Positions 1 to 10,900 of a stretch of DNA of 64,000 bases are shown here, piece by piece. The DNA comes from Roseomonas sp. (GTDB taxonomy: Bacteria; Pseudomonadota; Alphaproteobacteria; Acetobacterales; Acetobacteraceae): NCBI GenBank assembly GCA_020249775.1, contig JADCFA010000019.1, positions 27,463 to 91,462 of the forward strand, given 5' to 3'. A program made the translations under genes and the position numbers. The first letter of the stretch is position 1. Each line of letters begins with the position of its first letter. The notes below the pieces were generated by a model. The model searched no databases, was not told the DNA's origin, and worked only from the letters and a program-made list of their open reading frames with translations.

Positions 1-1254
1 AATCTGGGTAATGCGCAGGTGCTGGTGGTATCCACCGCCGTGAAGCGCGACAATCCGGAAGTCGCCGCCGCGCGGCAACGCTTGATCCCGATTGTGCGCC
101 GCGCTGAGATGTTGGCTGAGCTCATGCGCCTCAAATGGTCCATCGCCATTGGTGGCACGCATGGCAAGACCACCACGACAAGCCTGGTCGCTGCCGTGCT
201 GGAAGCGGCGCGGCTTGATCCTACGGTGATCAATGGCGGCATCATCAATGCCTATGGCACCAATACGCGCATGGGCAGCGGCGAATGGATGGTGGTGGAA
301 GCTGATGAAAGCGATGGGTCCTTCCTGAAACTTCCCGCCGTTGTTGCCGTGGTTACGAATATGGACCCCGAACATTTGGACCATTGGGGCACGGAAGAAG
401 CGATGAAGGAAGGCTATGCCCAATTCGTCGGCAATATTCCCTTTTATGGCTTTGCTGTGCTTTGCATTGATCATCCCGAAGTACAGGCAATGATCCCGCG
501 CCTTTCGGATCGGCGCATCGTGACCTATGGCTTTTCCCCGCAGGCCGATGTGCGCGCGGATCGTGTGATCACGGACCGTATGGGCGCCACATTTGAAGTG
601 ACGGTGACGGATCGGCTGAGCGGGCGTGTGCGCAACATGAAGCCCTTCCGCCTGCCCATGCTGGGCCAGCATAATGTGCAGAATGCGCTGGCTGCTGTTG
701 CCATTGCGGCTGAGATGGGCGTGGATGAGGTAACCATCCGCACCGCGCTGGCCGGCTTCAAGGGCGTGAAGCGGCGCTTCACGCGCACCGGTGAAGCGGG
801 CGGCATTACGGTGATTGATGATTACGGCCACCATCCGGTGGAAATCGCCGCGGTATTGAAAGCCGCGCGGCAGGCCGGCGCGCGGGATGTCATTGCCGTA
901 GTGCAGCCGCATCGCTATTCGCGGCTTGCGTCCCTGTTCGAAGAATTTTGCGCCTGCATGAATGATGCAGGCACGGTGATTGTGGCCGATGTCTATGCCG
1001 CTGGCGAAGCGCCGATGGAAGGTGTGGACAAGGATGCGCTGGTGGAAGGCTTGCGCGCGCGCGGGCATCGTTCTGTGGTGCCGCTGCCCGGCCCAGATAG
1101 CCTGGCCGAGATGATCCATGCCATCGCGCGGCCTGGCGATTATGTTGTCTGCCTTGGTGCCGGCAGTATCACCAATTGGGCGCATGCGCTGCCAGCGCAA
1201 TTGACGGAATTGCAGGCGCGCGCGCGTGGACGCCTGGCGGGGGCGATGAAATGA
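1..1254 (+). CDS. murC: UDP-N-acetylmuramate--L-alanine ligase, 5'-truncated by the window edge
   Basis: The ORF is open to the window start. It has the Mur ligase P-loop [11 protein letters not shown]. It is followed by murB-ddl-ftsQAZ in canonical dcw order. Its TGA (1252..1254) overlaps the murB ATG. Confidence 0.93.
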   Translation, partial: NLGNAQVLVVSTAVKRDNPEVAAARQRLIPIVRRAEMLAELMRLKWSIAIGGTHGKTTTTSLVAAVLEAARLDPTVINGGIINAYGTNTRMGSGEWMVVEADESDGSFLKLPAVVAVVTNMDPEHLDHWGTEEAMKEGYAQFVGNIPFYGFAVLCIDHPEVQAMIPRLSDRRIVTYGFSPQADVRADRVITDRMGATFEVTVTDRLSGRVRNMKPFRLPMLGQHNVQNALAAVAIAAEMGVDEVTIRTALAGFKGVKRRFTRTGEAGGITVIDDYGHHPVEIAAVLKAARQAGARDVIAVVQPHRYSRLASLFEEFCACMNDAGTVIVADVYAAGEAPMEGVDKDALVEGLRARGHRSVVPLPGPDSLAEMIHAIARPGDYVVCLGAGSITNWAHALPAQLTELQARARGRLAGAMK

Positions 1255-2162
1255 TGCCTCAGCCCATCAGCCAAGCCGTGCTGCCCCCTTTGCGTGGTCG
1301 CGTAGAACGCGATGCGCCGCTCGGGCCGGCGAGCTGGTTTCGTGTGGGCGGGCCGGCGGATGTGCTGGTACGACCGGCCGATTTGGATGATCTGCTGTTG
1401 TTGCTGCGCGATATGCCTGCCGATATGCCGCTGACGGTGCTGGGTGCCGCTTCCAATCTGATCATTCGTGATGGCGGCATTGCTGGCGTGGTGCTGCGGC
1501 TCGCGCGCGGCTTTGGTGATATTGTGGTGGAAGCCGATGGCATCATCGCTGGTGCCGCCGCTTTGGATGTGACGGTGGCGGAAACTGCTGCCGCTGCCGG
1601 GCTTGGTGGGCTTGAGTTTCTGGTCGGCATTCCAGGCAGTATCGGTGGCGCGGTTGCGATGAATGCCGGTGCTTACGGCGTTGAGATCAGGGATGTTCTG
1701 GATTGGGCGGAAATCGCCAGCCCGGAAGGATTGCTGCGGCTTGATGCAGCTGCACTGCACTTCGCCTATCGCCATGCGCAATTGCCGCCGCGCGGCGTTG
1801 TGGCGCGCGCTAGGCTGCGGGCGACACCGGGTGACAAGACAGCGATTGCCGCGCGACTTGCTGAAATCCGTGCCGCGCGCGAGGCAACGCAGCCCGTCCG
1901 CGCACGCACTGGCGGTTCCACCTTCAAAAATCCGCCCGGCGACCGTAAGGCTTGGGAATTGATTGACGCCGCTGGCTGCCGCGGCCTGATGCGCGGGGCG
2001 GCGCAGGTCAGCGAAAAGCACTGCAATTTCCTGCTCAATCTGGGTGGCGCTTCTGCCGCTGATATCGAAGCGCTGGGTGAGGAAGTGCGTGCGCGCGTGC
2101 TGGCGCATTCCGGCATTGCGCTGGAATGGGAAATCCGCCGCATTGGGAGGGCGCTGCCATGA
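1251..2162 (+). CDS. murB: UDP-N-acetylenolpyruvoylglucosamine reductase
   Basis: The ORF track entry is 1176..2162. The internal ATG at 1251 overlaps the murC stop (ATGA). The N-terminus [29 protein letters not shown] and the GGSTFKNP motif are typical of MurB. Confidence 0.9.
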   Translation: MMPQPISQAVLPPLRGRVERDAPLGPASWFRVGGPADVLVRPADLDDLLLLLRDMPADMPLTVLGAASNLIIRDGGIAGVVLRLARGFGDIVVEADGIIAGAAALDVTVAETAAAAGLGGLEFLVGIPGSIGGAVAMNAGAYGVEIRDVLDWAEIASPEGLLRLDAAALHFAYRHAQLPPRGVVARARLRATPGDKTAIAARLAEIRAAREATQPVRARTGGSTFKNPPGDRKAWELIDAAGCRGLMRGAAQVSEKHCNFLLNLGGASAADIEALGEEVRARVLAHSGIALEWEIRRIGRALP

Positions 2163-3085
2163 AGAAACGGGTTGCCGTGCTTTATGGTGGGCGTTCCGCG
2201 GAACGCGAAGTGTCGCTTTCTTCCGGCCGACAGGTGATTGCTGCCTTGCAGGAAGCCGCTTTCGCTGTGACGCCGATTGATGTTGGCGATGATCTGGCTG
2301 CGGTGATTCATGCGCTCAGCGATCCGCGCCCTGATGTTGTCTTCAACGCGCTGCATGGGCGCTTTGGTGAAGATGGCTGCATCCAGGGAATGCTGGATTG
2401 GCTTGGTCTGCCCTACACGCATTCAGGCTTGCGTGCCTCGGCGCTTGCCATGGACAAGGCTGCGGCCAAGGCTGTGTTTCGCGCTGCTGGGCTGCCGGTT
2501 GCGGATGATCGTGTGGTGACGCGTGCTGAATTGGAAGCGGCGGACCCGCTGCCGCGCCCCTTTGTGGTGAAGCCGGTGAATGAAGGATCATCTGTTGGCG
2601 TCACCATTTTGCAGGAAGGTGACAATCGCCGCGCCGCCATCGCGCGCGGTTGGACGCATGGCGATGCCATCATGGTGGAAAGTTTCATCCCCGGCCGCGA
2701 ATTGACCGTGGGTGTGATGGGGGATCGTGCGCTGGCGGTGACGGATATTCTGGCCGATGCCGGACAATTCTATGATTATGAGAGCAAATACGCCGCTGGC
2801 GGATCGCGCCATATCCTGCCCGCGCGTATGGCACCAGAAAGCTATGCCGAGGCTTTGGATATCGCGTTGCGGGCGCATCACGCGCTTGGTTGCCGCGGCG
2901 CGTCACGCACTGATCTGCGCTATGATGACACGCAGGGTGAACCTGGCCGGCTGGTATTGCTTGAAGTGAATACGCAGCCGGGCCTGACGCCAACATCGCT
3001 GCTGCCGGAACAGGCGGCGCATTGCGGCATGTCCTTCCCCGCGCTTTGCGCTTGGATGGTGGAGCAAGCCCGCCATGGCGCGTGA
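2159..3085 (+). CDS. ddl: D-alanine--D-alanine ligase
   Basis: [23 protein letters not shown] is a classic Ddl N-terminus. The ATG at 2159 overlaps the murB TGA. The body has an ATP-grasp fold. Confidence 0.92.
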   Translation: MKKRVAVLYGGRSAEREVSLSSGRQVIAALQEAAFAVTPIDVGDDLAAVIHALSDPRPDVVFNALHGRFGEDGCIQGMLDWLGLPYTHSGLRASALAMDKAAAKAVFRAAGLPVADDRVVTRAELEAADPLPRPFVVKPVNEGSSVGVTILQEGDNRRAAIARGWTHGDAIMVESFIPGRELTVGVMGDRALAVTDILADAGQFYDYESKYAAGGSRHILPARMAPESYAEALDIALRAHHALGCRGASRTDLRYDDTQGEPGRLVLLEVNTQPGLTPTSLLPEQAAHCGMSFPALCAWMVEQARHGA

Positions 3086-3953
3086 ACGCTTGGTCACCAC
3101 CTCAACCCGCAAGAAGAAGGAACAGGGCCGGCCTTCCGCACTGCGCATCGCGCTGCGTCGTTCGCGTCGTTTTGCGCGGCCTGCGCTTTATGGTGTGCTG
3201 ATTCTTTGCGGCTTTGGCGCAATTGCCTATGGCATTGCAATGGTGGACCCGGCGGGTCAGGCGCGGCGCATGCTCGATCAGGTCGCGATGATCGGGCCGG
3301 ATCGCAGCATGACGGTGCAGGCAGTGATTGTGGATGGTCGGCAGAATACGCCGCTGCCATTGATTCGCGAAGCGCTTGGTGTCTCACGCGGGGATTCCAT
3401 GCTGGAATTTTCGCCGGAGGCAGCACGGCAACGCTTGGAATCCATCCCCTGGATCGCGCGTGCGCATGTTGAGCGCCATTTGCCGGCCACCATCGTATTG
3501 CGGCTGGAAGAACGTCGCCCCTTTGCCATTTGGCAAAATCAAGGCCGCTTTGTGATTGTGGACCGTGAAGGCAAAACGGTTGCCACTGATGGGCTCGATC
3601 AATTCGGCCCGCTGCCGCTGATTGTTGGGCCCGGTGCGGATCGCGCCGCCGCTGCGCTTTACGATCTTTTAGCGGCTGAAGCGGCGGTTGCGGAACGCGT
3701 GCAAGCCATGGTGCGCATAGGTGAAAGGCGCTGGAATCTGCGCCTGCATAGCGGCACGGATGTGCTGCTGCCTGAAGCGGCTGAAGCGGCTGCCATCAAG
3801 CGCCTTGCGGAATTGCAGCAGGAAGCGAAGCTTTTAGATCGCCCGCTGGCGGCGATTGATCTGCGCCTGCCTGATCGGCTGGTGGTGCGCACCAATCGTG
3901 AAACACCGGAAACTCAGCCGGCGCGCCCGGTCGCGCGGAGGGAACGCGGATGA
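3075..3953 (+). CDS. ftsQ: cell division protein FtsQ
   Basis: It sits between ddl and ftsA. It has a basic N-terminus, one TM segment ([21 protein letters not shown]) and a POTRA-like body. It overlaps both neighbours. Confidence 0.85.
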   Translation: MARERLVTTSTRKKKEQGRPSALRIALRRSRRFARPALYGVLILCGFGAIAYGIAMVDPAGQARRMLDQVAMIGPDRSMTVQAVIVDGRQNTPLPLIREALGVSRGDSMLEFSPEAARQRLESIPWIARAHVERHLPATIVLRLEERRPFAIWQNQGRFVIVDREGKTVATDGLDQFGPLPLIVGPGADRAAAALYDLLAAEAAVAERVQAMVRIGERRWNLRLHSGTDVLLPEAAEAAAIKRLAELQQEAKLLDRPLAAIDLRLPDRLVVRTNRETPETQPARPVARRERG

Positions 3954-5248
3954 ACCAACTCACCCGCCTACCCGGCGCCTTCGAACCCGCCGCCGCACCG
4001 CCACGGCGCCGCCGTCAGGCGCGTAGTGGCGTTTTCGGTGTGCTGGATATCGGCTCCACTAAAGTGGTCTGCCTGATTGCGCGCATCGAAAGCGATGGCA
4101 GCCCCCGGGTATTGGGCTTTGGCTGGCAGCGGGGACGCGGCGTGAAGGGCGGTTCCATTGTGGATCTGGAAGAAGCCGAACGCGCCATTCGCGCCGCGGT
4201 TGGTCAGGCCGAGGAAATGGCCGACACAAGGCTTTCAGGTGCCATCGTCAATCTTTCCTGCGGGCAGCCAGATAGCCGGCCTTTGCACCTGCAATGGGAA
4301 ATCGCCGGCCGCGCCGTGAATGAGGTTGATCTGCGTGCCATTCTGCATGATGGGCGCCGACGCACCGCGGAAGAAGGTCGCGAAACGGTTCACGCCATTC
4401 CGCTTGGCTTCACCGTGGATGCGACACCGGGTGTTGATGATCCGCGCGGCATGATCTGCGATGTGCTCGGTGCGCGGCTGCATATGGTTTCGGCGGCCGA
4501 AGCGTCGCTCCGTAATCTTGGTGCCTGCCTGATGCGCTGCGATCTGGAAGTGGAGGAATTGGTCTCCGCACCCTTTGCCGCTGGTCTTGCAACGCTGGTG
4601 GAAGATGAAAAGCAACTTGGCGCCACGGTAATTGATATGGGCGGCGGCACCACAAGCCTTGCGGTCTTCAGCGAAGGCCATCTGGTGCATACCGCGCAAA
4701 TCCCGGTGGGTGGTGGCCAGGTGACGAATGATCTGGCCACTATCCTGTCCACGCCTGTTGCGCATGCGGAACGGATGAAAACGCTGCACGGTGCCGTGCA
4801 TGGCGGCGCGGATGATGAACGCGAATACCTGCCCGTGCCGCTTTTGGGCGAAGACGAACATCACATCGCGCGGATTCCGCGCGCCATGGTGGTTGGCATC
4901 ATCAAGCCGCGACTTGAAGAAACCTTCGAACTTCTCAAGGATAAACTCGATCAAAGCGGCCTTGGCAAGGAAGGTGGCGCGCGCGTGGTGCTGACCGGCG
5001 GCGCATCCCAGCTTGTTGGCGTGCGGGAAATGGCTGCGCGCATTCTGGACCGCCAGGTGCGGTTAGGTCGTCCGCAACCCTTGCGCGGTTTGGCCGAAGC
5101 CGCATCCGGCCCCGCTTTTGCGGGCGCTGTCGGGCTTTTGCTGTGGGGTGCTGGCGAAGGCCGCCCCGTTCTCGATATCGCGCCCGGCCCGGTGAAGACC
5201 GGTGGCGCGTTTCGTCGCCTGATCCATTGGCTGAAGGACCGCGTGTGA
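3950..5248 (+). CDS. ftsA: cell division protein FtsA
   Basis: Actin-like ATPase motifs are present (VLDIGSTKVVCLIA, VIDMGGGTTSLAVF). It lies directly upstream of ftsZ. The ATGA junction overlaps ftsQ. Confidence 0.92.
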   Translation: MNQLTRLPGAFEPAAAPPRRRRQARSGVFGVLDIGSTKVVCLIARIESDGSPRVLGFGWQRGRGVKGGSIVDLEEAERAIRAAVGQAEEMADTRLSGAIVNLSCGQPDSRPLHLQWEIAGRAVNEVDLRAILHDGRRRTAEEGRETVHAIPLGFTVDATPGVDDPRGMICDVLGARLHMVSAAEASLRNLGACLMRCDLEVEELVSAPFAAGLATLVEDEKQLGATVIDMGGGTTSLAVFSEGHLVHTAQIPVGGGQVTNDLATILSTPVAHAERMKTLHGAVHGGADDEREYLPVPLLGEDEHHIARIPRAMVVGIIKPRLEETFELLKDKLDQSGLGKEGGARVVLTGGASQLVGVREMAARILDRQVRLGRPQPLRGLAEAASGPAFAGAVGLLLWGAGEGRPVLDIAPGPVKTGGAFRRLIHWLKDRV

Positions 5249-5312
5249 TGCCCTGCCCTTCCGCTGCCCATCATAACCCGAACCGCCCATCACCGCATGA
5301 GGAGGAAATGCC

Positions 5313-6827
5313 ATGACCCTGAACCTGACGATTCCGCAAAATCAACACACGGATTTCACGCCACGAATCACGGTGGTTGGTGTTGGTGGTGGTGGCACCA
5401 ATGCCGTCAACAACATGATTTCCATGGGGTTGGATGGCGTGGAATTCCTGGTGGCGAATACGGATGCGCAATCGCTGATCCATTCCCGCGCTGATCGCCG
5501 CGTGCAACTTGGCCCGCACCTGACGCAAGGCCTTGGCGCCGGTGCAAAGCCAGAAATCGGCCGCGCCGCCGCCGAAGAAGCGACTGAAGAATTGGCCCGC
5601 CATATCGAAGGCATGCACATGATCTTCATCACCGCCGGCATGGGCGGTGGCACCGGCACCGGGGCGGCACCGGTGATTGCGCGCATGGCACAAGAACGTG
5701 GCATCCTGACGGTTGGCGTGGTGACCAAGCCCTTTGATTTCGAAGGCCCGAAGCGGCGCAAATCCGCCGATCAGGGGATCGAGGAATTGCAGCAATTCGT
5801 GGATACGCTGATCATCATCCCCAATCAGAACCTGTTCCGCCTGGCCAATGAACGCACGACATTCCAGGAAGCCTTCAAAATGGCCGATAACGTCCTTTAC
5901 ATGGGCGTGCGCGGTGTGACGGACCTGATGATCAATCCTGGAATCGTCAATCTGGATTTTGCCGATATCCGCACCATCATGGCCGAAATGGGCAAGGCCA
6001 TGATGGGCACTGGCGAAGCCGATGGCGAAGACCGCGCCCGCCGCGCCGCCGAATCCGCTATCAGCAATCCTTTGCTGGAAGATATCTCCATGCGCGGCGC
6101 CAAGGGCGTGCTGATCAACATCACCGGCGGCTATGATATGACGCTGTTTGAAGTGGATGGCGCCGTGAATCGCATCCGTGAGGAGGTGGAAGAAGACGCC
6201 AATATTATCTTTGGCACCTCGGTTGACGAATCCATGAATGGGCGCATCAGGGTTTCCGTGGTCGCGACGGGCATTGATGTGGCAAGCCAGCGCGAAGCGG
6301 AAAAGCCGAAGCTGGTTGCCGTTGGTGGCGGCGCGGCGCAACCGCTGAATGCCGTTGCCAGCCAGACTATCAGCACCGCGCCGACAGGCCCTGGGCTACC
6401 CTTCATGCGCCGTGCCGCGCAAGCGGCGCCGGCGATGCGGCCCGCCGTGGTTGACACGGCGCCGGAAGCAATGCCCGAAGTGGCGCCCGCGCCAGAACCG
6501 CCCGTGATGTTGGCGCCGCAGCCCGCCGCATTCCCGGAAGCGCCGCAGCTTCGCGTGCCTGTCGCGGAACCGGTGGAACCAGAAGCGCCGCAGGCGCAGC
6601 CGCGCTCAGCTGGATTGCGCGGCCTTTTCGGTAAGGTCACCGGTATGGGTGGCATGATGAAGCGCAATCTTCCGCCGCAGGCAGAAGCGCAAAACCTGGC
6701 ACCGGAAGCGCCTCAGCCCGCTCGGATGGAGCCAACACCCTCACCACGGTTTGAAGCGGCCCGGCCGGCGCAACAGGATGAAATGAGCCTGGAAATCCCA
6801 GCTTTCCTACGGCGGCAGCGGAGCTGA
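5313..6827 (+). CDS. ftsZ: cell division GTPase FtsZ with a long Pro/Ala-rich C-terminal linker
   Basis: The tubulin signature [13 protein letters not shown] and [15 protein letters not shown] are present. A GGAGGA Shine-Dalgarno lies upstream of the ATG at 5313. The C-terminal peptide is [10 protein letters not shown]. Confidence 0.97.
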   Translation: MTLNLTIPQNQHTDFTPRITVVGVGGGGTNAVNNMISMGLDGVEFLVANTDAQSLIHSRADRRVQLGPHLTQGLGAGAKPEIGRAAAEEATEELARHIEGMHMIFITAGMGGGTGTGAAPVIARMAQERGILTVGVVTKPFDFEGPKRRKSADQGIEELQQFVDTLIIIPNQNLFRLANERTTFQEAFKMADNVLYMGVRGVTDLMINPGIVNLDFADIRTIMAEMGKAMMGTGEADGEDRARRAAESAISNPLLEDISMRGAKGVLINITGGYDMTLFEVDGAVNRIREEVEEDANIIFGTSVDESMNGRIRVSVVATGIDVASQREAEKPKLVAVGGGAAQPLNAVASQTISTAPTGPGLPFMRRAAQAAPAMRPAVVDTAPEAMPEVAPAPEPPVMLAPQPAAFPEAPQLRVPVAEPVEPEAPQAQPRSAGLRGLFGKVTGMGGMMKRNLPPQAEAQNLAPEAPQPARMEPTPSPRFEAARPAQQDEMSLEIPAFLRRQRS

Positions 6828-6863
6828 AAAACCGGATGGGCGGATCATTCGCTCAAACAAGGA

Positions 6864-6916
6864 CTGTGGCGCGGCCCATCAAAAGGGATCGCGCCGCAGG
6901 TGTCAGACTTTTTGTT
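6864..6916 (+). terminator. candidate rho-independent terminator between convergent ftsZ and azlD
   Basis: A 10-bp stem joins ctgtggcgcg (6864..6873) and cgcgccgcag (6890..6899), with one G-U pair. It is followed by a T-run at 6909..6913. Confidence 0.5.
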
Positions 6917-6925
6917 GCTGAGGTG

Positions 6926-7252
6926 TTAGAATTTCATCACCGCCCGCAAGGCCAACATCGCCACCAGCCCAACCAAAAGCGCCGGCAGCAGATTGCGCCC
7001 GAAGGCAAGGCACACCGCAACCCCGACGCCAAGCCCGAAGAGCCGCGCGGCCAAAGGCACATCGGCCAGCGCCCCGGTTGGTGCGATGATCGCCAGCATC
7101 ACAAAGGCCGCAAGCGTTGCCTGCGCAATCGCCGTCGCCCAGGCAATCACGGGATGATCGCTACCAAGCCCGCCCGCCAGCCACACGCCCGCACTCCGCA
7201 GCATCAGACAAGCAAGCGCGGTCAGCGCGAGGGCGATATCAGCGGCTTCCAC
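6926..7252 (-). CDS. azlD: AzlD-family branched-chain amino acid transport protein
   Basis: A 108-aa very hydrophobic protein that overlaps the end of the AzlC-like ORF. The azlCD pairing is standard. Confidence 0.75.
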   Translation of the reverse strand: MEAADIALALTALACLMLRSAGVWLAGGLGSDHPVIAWATAIAQATLAAFVMLAIIAPTGALADVPLAARLFGLGVGVAVCLAFGRNLLPALLVGLVAMLALRAVMKF

Positions 7253-7952
7253 GCTTGCGCCCCCACAAAAAAGCGGCGGTTCCGCCGATGATCCCCGCCG
7301 CCAAAAGCCCCATGGAAGCTGGCAGGATAAAGGTCAGCCCCGCTGCCGCCGCGCCGCATAGAATGGCGCGGCGCGGCGCGGGCTTATTCACATCAGCGGC
7401 CAGCAGCAGCGCGTAATAAAGCGGATTGACGAATAGCAACGCCGCGCGCGCGTGATCATCCAACATGCCCGCCACATAAAACCCCGCGAGTGCGGCAAGC
7501 CCCGCCACCACCCAGCTTGTCAGGCCAAAACCCAAAAACCAGGAAAGCCGGACGGAAGCTGCAATTTCGGGAAAGGCGCGCATCGCCGCCGCCCAAGGGG
7601 TCACCGCAATGAAGGGAATGGCCGGTATCAGGCGCTTGCGCTCATGCACGCCAAAAAGCGGTGTGATGGCAATCGCCATCGGCAGGAAGCGCGCATTCAC
7701 CGCAATGGCACCCATCACCGCAGGCGCGATGCCGCCCACAAAACCCGTGCTGGCGGCTTGCACCAAAACCAATTGCCCCGGCATGCCATAAATCGCCCAA
7801 CACGCCACCAAAGCCCAACCTGGCGGCAGCCCCGCTTCCCGCACGGCAGCACCGAAGGCGAGGAAAGTGGCCGCCATGGCAACGCCCGCCGCCCCAACGG
7901 CATCGCGCGCGCCAAAAAGCGCCGCACTGCGTGATGAGGTGACGCTACCCAT
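7239..7952 (-). CDS. azlC: AzlC-family branched-chain amino acid exporter subunit
   Basis: A 237-aa polytopic membrane protein immediately upstream of, and overlapping, azlD. Confidence 0.75.
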   Translation of the reverse strand: MGSVTSSRSAALFGARDAVGAAGVAMAATFLAFGAAVREAGLPPGWALVACWAIYGMPGQLVLVQAASTGFVGGIAPAVMGAIAVNARFLPMAIAITPLFGVHERKRLIPAIPFIAVTPWAAAMRAFPEIAASVRLSWFLGFGLTSWVVAGLAALAGFYVAGMLDDHARAALLFVNPLYYALLLAADVNKPAPRRAILCGAAAAGLTFILPASMGLLAAGIIGGTAAFLWGRKRGSR

Positions 7953-7998
7953 GCGCGCGCGGAGGCGGAACAGCGTAGGGCGAAGCAGCCTTCATGCG

Positions 7999-10900
7999 CT
8001 AAAGCTTCACCACCCCGGCACCGATCAAGCCCGCGAGCCGCGCCGCGATGGCGGTTTGCGCATTGGCATCCAGCCCCAGCAGGCGATGAATACCGGCGGC
8101 GAGTTCCGCTTCTGTTGTCACCGGGCGCAGCGCCAGGAGTTTTTCGGCAGCCGCAGCGATTTCGCGTGGCGAAACCGCAGCGGCGCGGCGTAAATGAGCG
8201 CCGGCCGCGCGGCGATCCCGCGGCACAATCGCGGCACCATCGGCCAAAAGAAAACCCTGTTCCTCCTTTACGCCGTGCAATTGCCGCGCAAGCGCAAGCG
8301 CCTGGCGCAACGCGTCACGCGCCGGTGTAGGCAGCGCTTCCAATCCCCATAACAACCGAACGCGTTCGGCAAGGCTTTCGGTTGTGATCGGCGATTCGAC
8401 AGTGATGATTTCAGCCAGAATGCCAGCGAGTGTGGCGAAGGGCACATCGGCAATGGCGGTGCTTTTTGGCACATCTGGCGCGGCTTCGCGGTAAGGCTCA
8501 ACGAGGCCGGTTTCTGGTGCGGGTGCTGCGGTTTCAACGCTTGCTGCGGCAGGTGCGGCGCCAAGCAAGGCAGCGATACGCGCGGCCTCGGCCTCTGGCC
8601 TGCCATACCAGGAAAGCGACCAGGCGCGCGCCAGTTTCCAGCCCATTGCCTCAAGCGCGCTGGCACGGCCCCTTTCACGGTCGCGTGCGGAGCGCAGCGC
8701 GGCCCAATCGCCGGCATCGGCTTCAATGCCCAGCACGTAATTGCCGGAATCGCGCGCTGCGACATCCAGAAAAAGCCCTGCCATACCCACGCGCGGCACG
8801 GCTTCCTTGCCCGCGGCTTCTATCGCCTTTCCAATGGCCGCTGCGATGGGCGCGGCCTGGGTTTTTGCTGCTGCGGTGCGCGGTGCCTCCCCGGCGGCGG
8901 CGAAGGCGAGGAAGGATTTCAGCGTCGCAACCCCGCGCCCCGAGGCGCGCGCAAGGTCAATGTCATCCGCACCGATTGAGGAAAACACAATGCAGCGCTT
9001 CTTGGCGCGCGTGATCAACACATTCAGCCGGCGTTCGCCGCCATCGGCGGAAAGTGGGCCGAAGCGCATGGCAAGCTTGCCGTCAGCGCCACGCCCATAG
9101 CCCACCGAAATCATGATCGAATCGCGTTCATCCCCCTGAACATTTTCCAGGTTTTTGACGAAGAAGGGTTCATCCGGATGCGCGCTGAAAAACGCTTCCG
9201 TATCCGCATTGTCGCGCCGCGCCGCCTCAACGGCATTCAGGATCGCATCGCGCTGGCGAATGGAAAACGCCGCAACGCCCAATGTATCGCCGGGCGTTTC
9301 GCGCGCATGGGTGATCACCGCTTCCGCAACCGCGCGGGCTTCTTCCGCATTGGTGCCGGTGCCGCCCGTGTCAAACCGCCCCTCAACGCGGCGCAGTGAA
9401 AGCCCAAGCGCGGCCGAACGCGCGCGCGGCGATGGCAGGATGAAAAGCCGATTGTCGTAAAACTCCGCATTCGATGTTGCGATCAGGCTTTCATGCCGGC
9501 TGCGATAATGCCAGCGCAGCATGGCCGATGGCAGGCCGCGCGCATTGCAAAGCCCGAGAATGCTTTCCACATCGCGCGCCGCAACAACATCGGACGCATC
9601 TTCGGCGGCTTCTTCCGCTTCTTCACCTGTCATACGCTGGAAGAAGCGCGTGGGCGGCATTTGCTTGTCGTCGCCCACCACCACCACCTGCCGGCAGCGT
9701 GCAATGGCGCCGAGTGCATCCACGGGTTCCACCTGGCTTGCTTCATCAATCACCAGCAGGTCGAAGGAAAGCCCAGGCCTCAGCCCATGCGGGGGGCTCA
9801 GGAATTGCGCCACTGAAAGCGGGCTCATCATGAAAATTGGCTTGGCCTTTTGCACGGCTTGCGACGCACGCAGCAACAATTCGCGCACCGGCAAATGGCC
9901 GCGCTTCTTTTCCATCTCACCGCGCAGCACCGCCATCCCTTGCGCGCCATCGCGCACTTCCTTCACGCGCTGCGCATGGGCATAGGCCGCTTCAGCGCGC
10001 GTCAGCGTGATGCGCGCGCGATCGGCTTCGCGGAAATCCTCAACCAGCCGATCCGCCGCCGCACCATCAAACGCCGCCAATTCCGGATGCTCTGCCATGG
10101 CAGCGCGGAGCAAGCCTTCATACAGCGCGAAGGAAAACACATCCTCCGCCGCTTCGGGCGCGACACGGCCATCGGCCAGGCGTTCCAGCAAGGGTTCAAG
10201 TCCGCTGGCCGAAGCGCCCGCGCGGCGCCAACCAAGCCAGGCATCAAGCGCTTCCGGCGCCGCCGCCCAATCGCCAAGCCGCGCGGCAAGGGCGGTGAAG
10301 GAAGGTTCATCCATGCCGAAGGCGATACGTCCATCAAACTTCGTTGCCTGCTGCATTTCCTGAAAGGCAGCCAGCGCCTTTTCCAGCGGTGCGGTGTCTG
10401 CCGGCTTGGCGCCATGCGCGAGTGCCGTCAGCGCCGCCGCGCCATAGGTCTTGCGCCATGCAAGCAAGGCGGTGAGCGGCGCGGGATCGCTCGCCTCATG
10501 CTGCCAGAGCGTGCCGAAAGCCGCGCGCCCCAAGGCATCGCCCAGGCGCAAGGCTTCGCGCGCAGCCTGTCCAGCCAGCGCGGCATCAAGCGCCGGCAGC
10601 GGGTTTTCCGCATCGCGCGCAACACGCGCCGCGAGCGCCTTGGCATCACGCCGCGCACCGGACAGAAAACCAAAAACGCCGCCCGCTTCGGCCAGCGTCG
10701 CACGCGCTTCCGTAATGCCGACCACATCCAAGGCGCCGGGTAAAAGCTGCGGATCAGCCTTGGCTTTTTGCAAATCGCCAAGTGCCTGCACCAGGGCTGC
10801 CAGCGGCGCCAGATCGCCCGCCCAGGCTTCATGCTTCAGCGCCGTTGCATCATGTGCGGGTGCCGCCGCCAAGGCAGGGTTCAAAGCGAGCGCAGCCTCC

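Noticed and set aside
5271-6341. 356-aa ORF antisense to ftsZ
   Set aside because: FtsZ on the plus strand is certain, so the antisense frame is an artefact.
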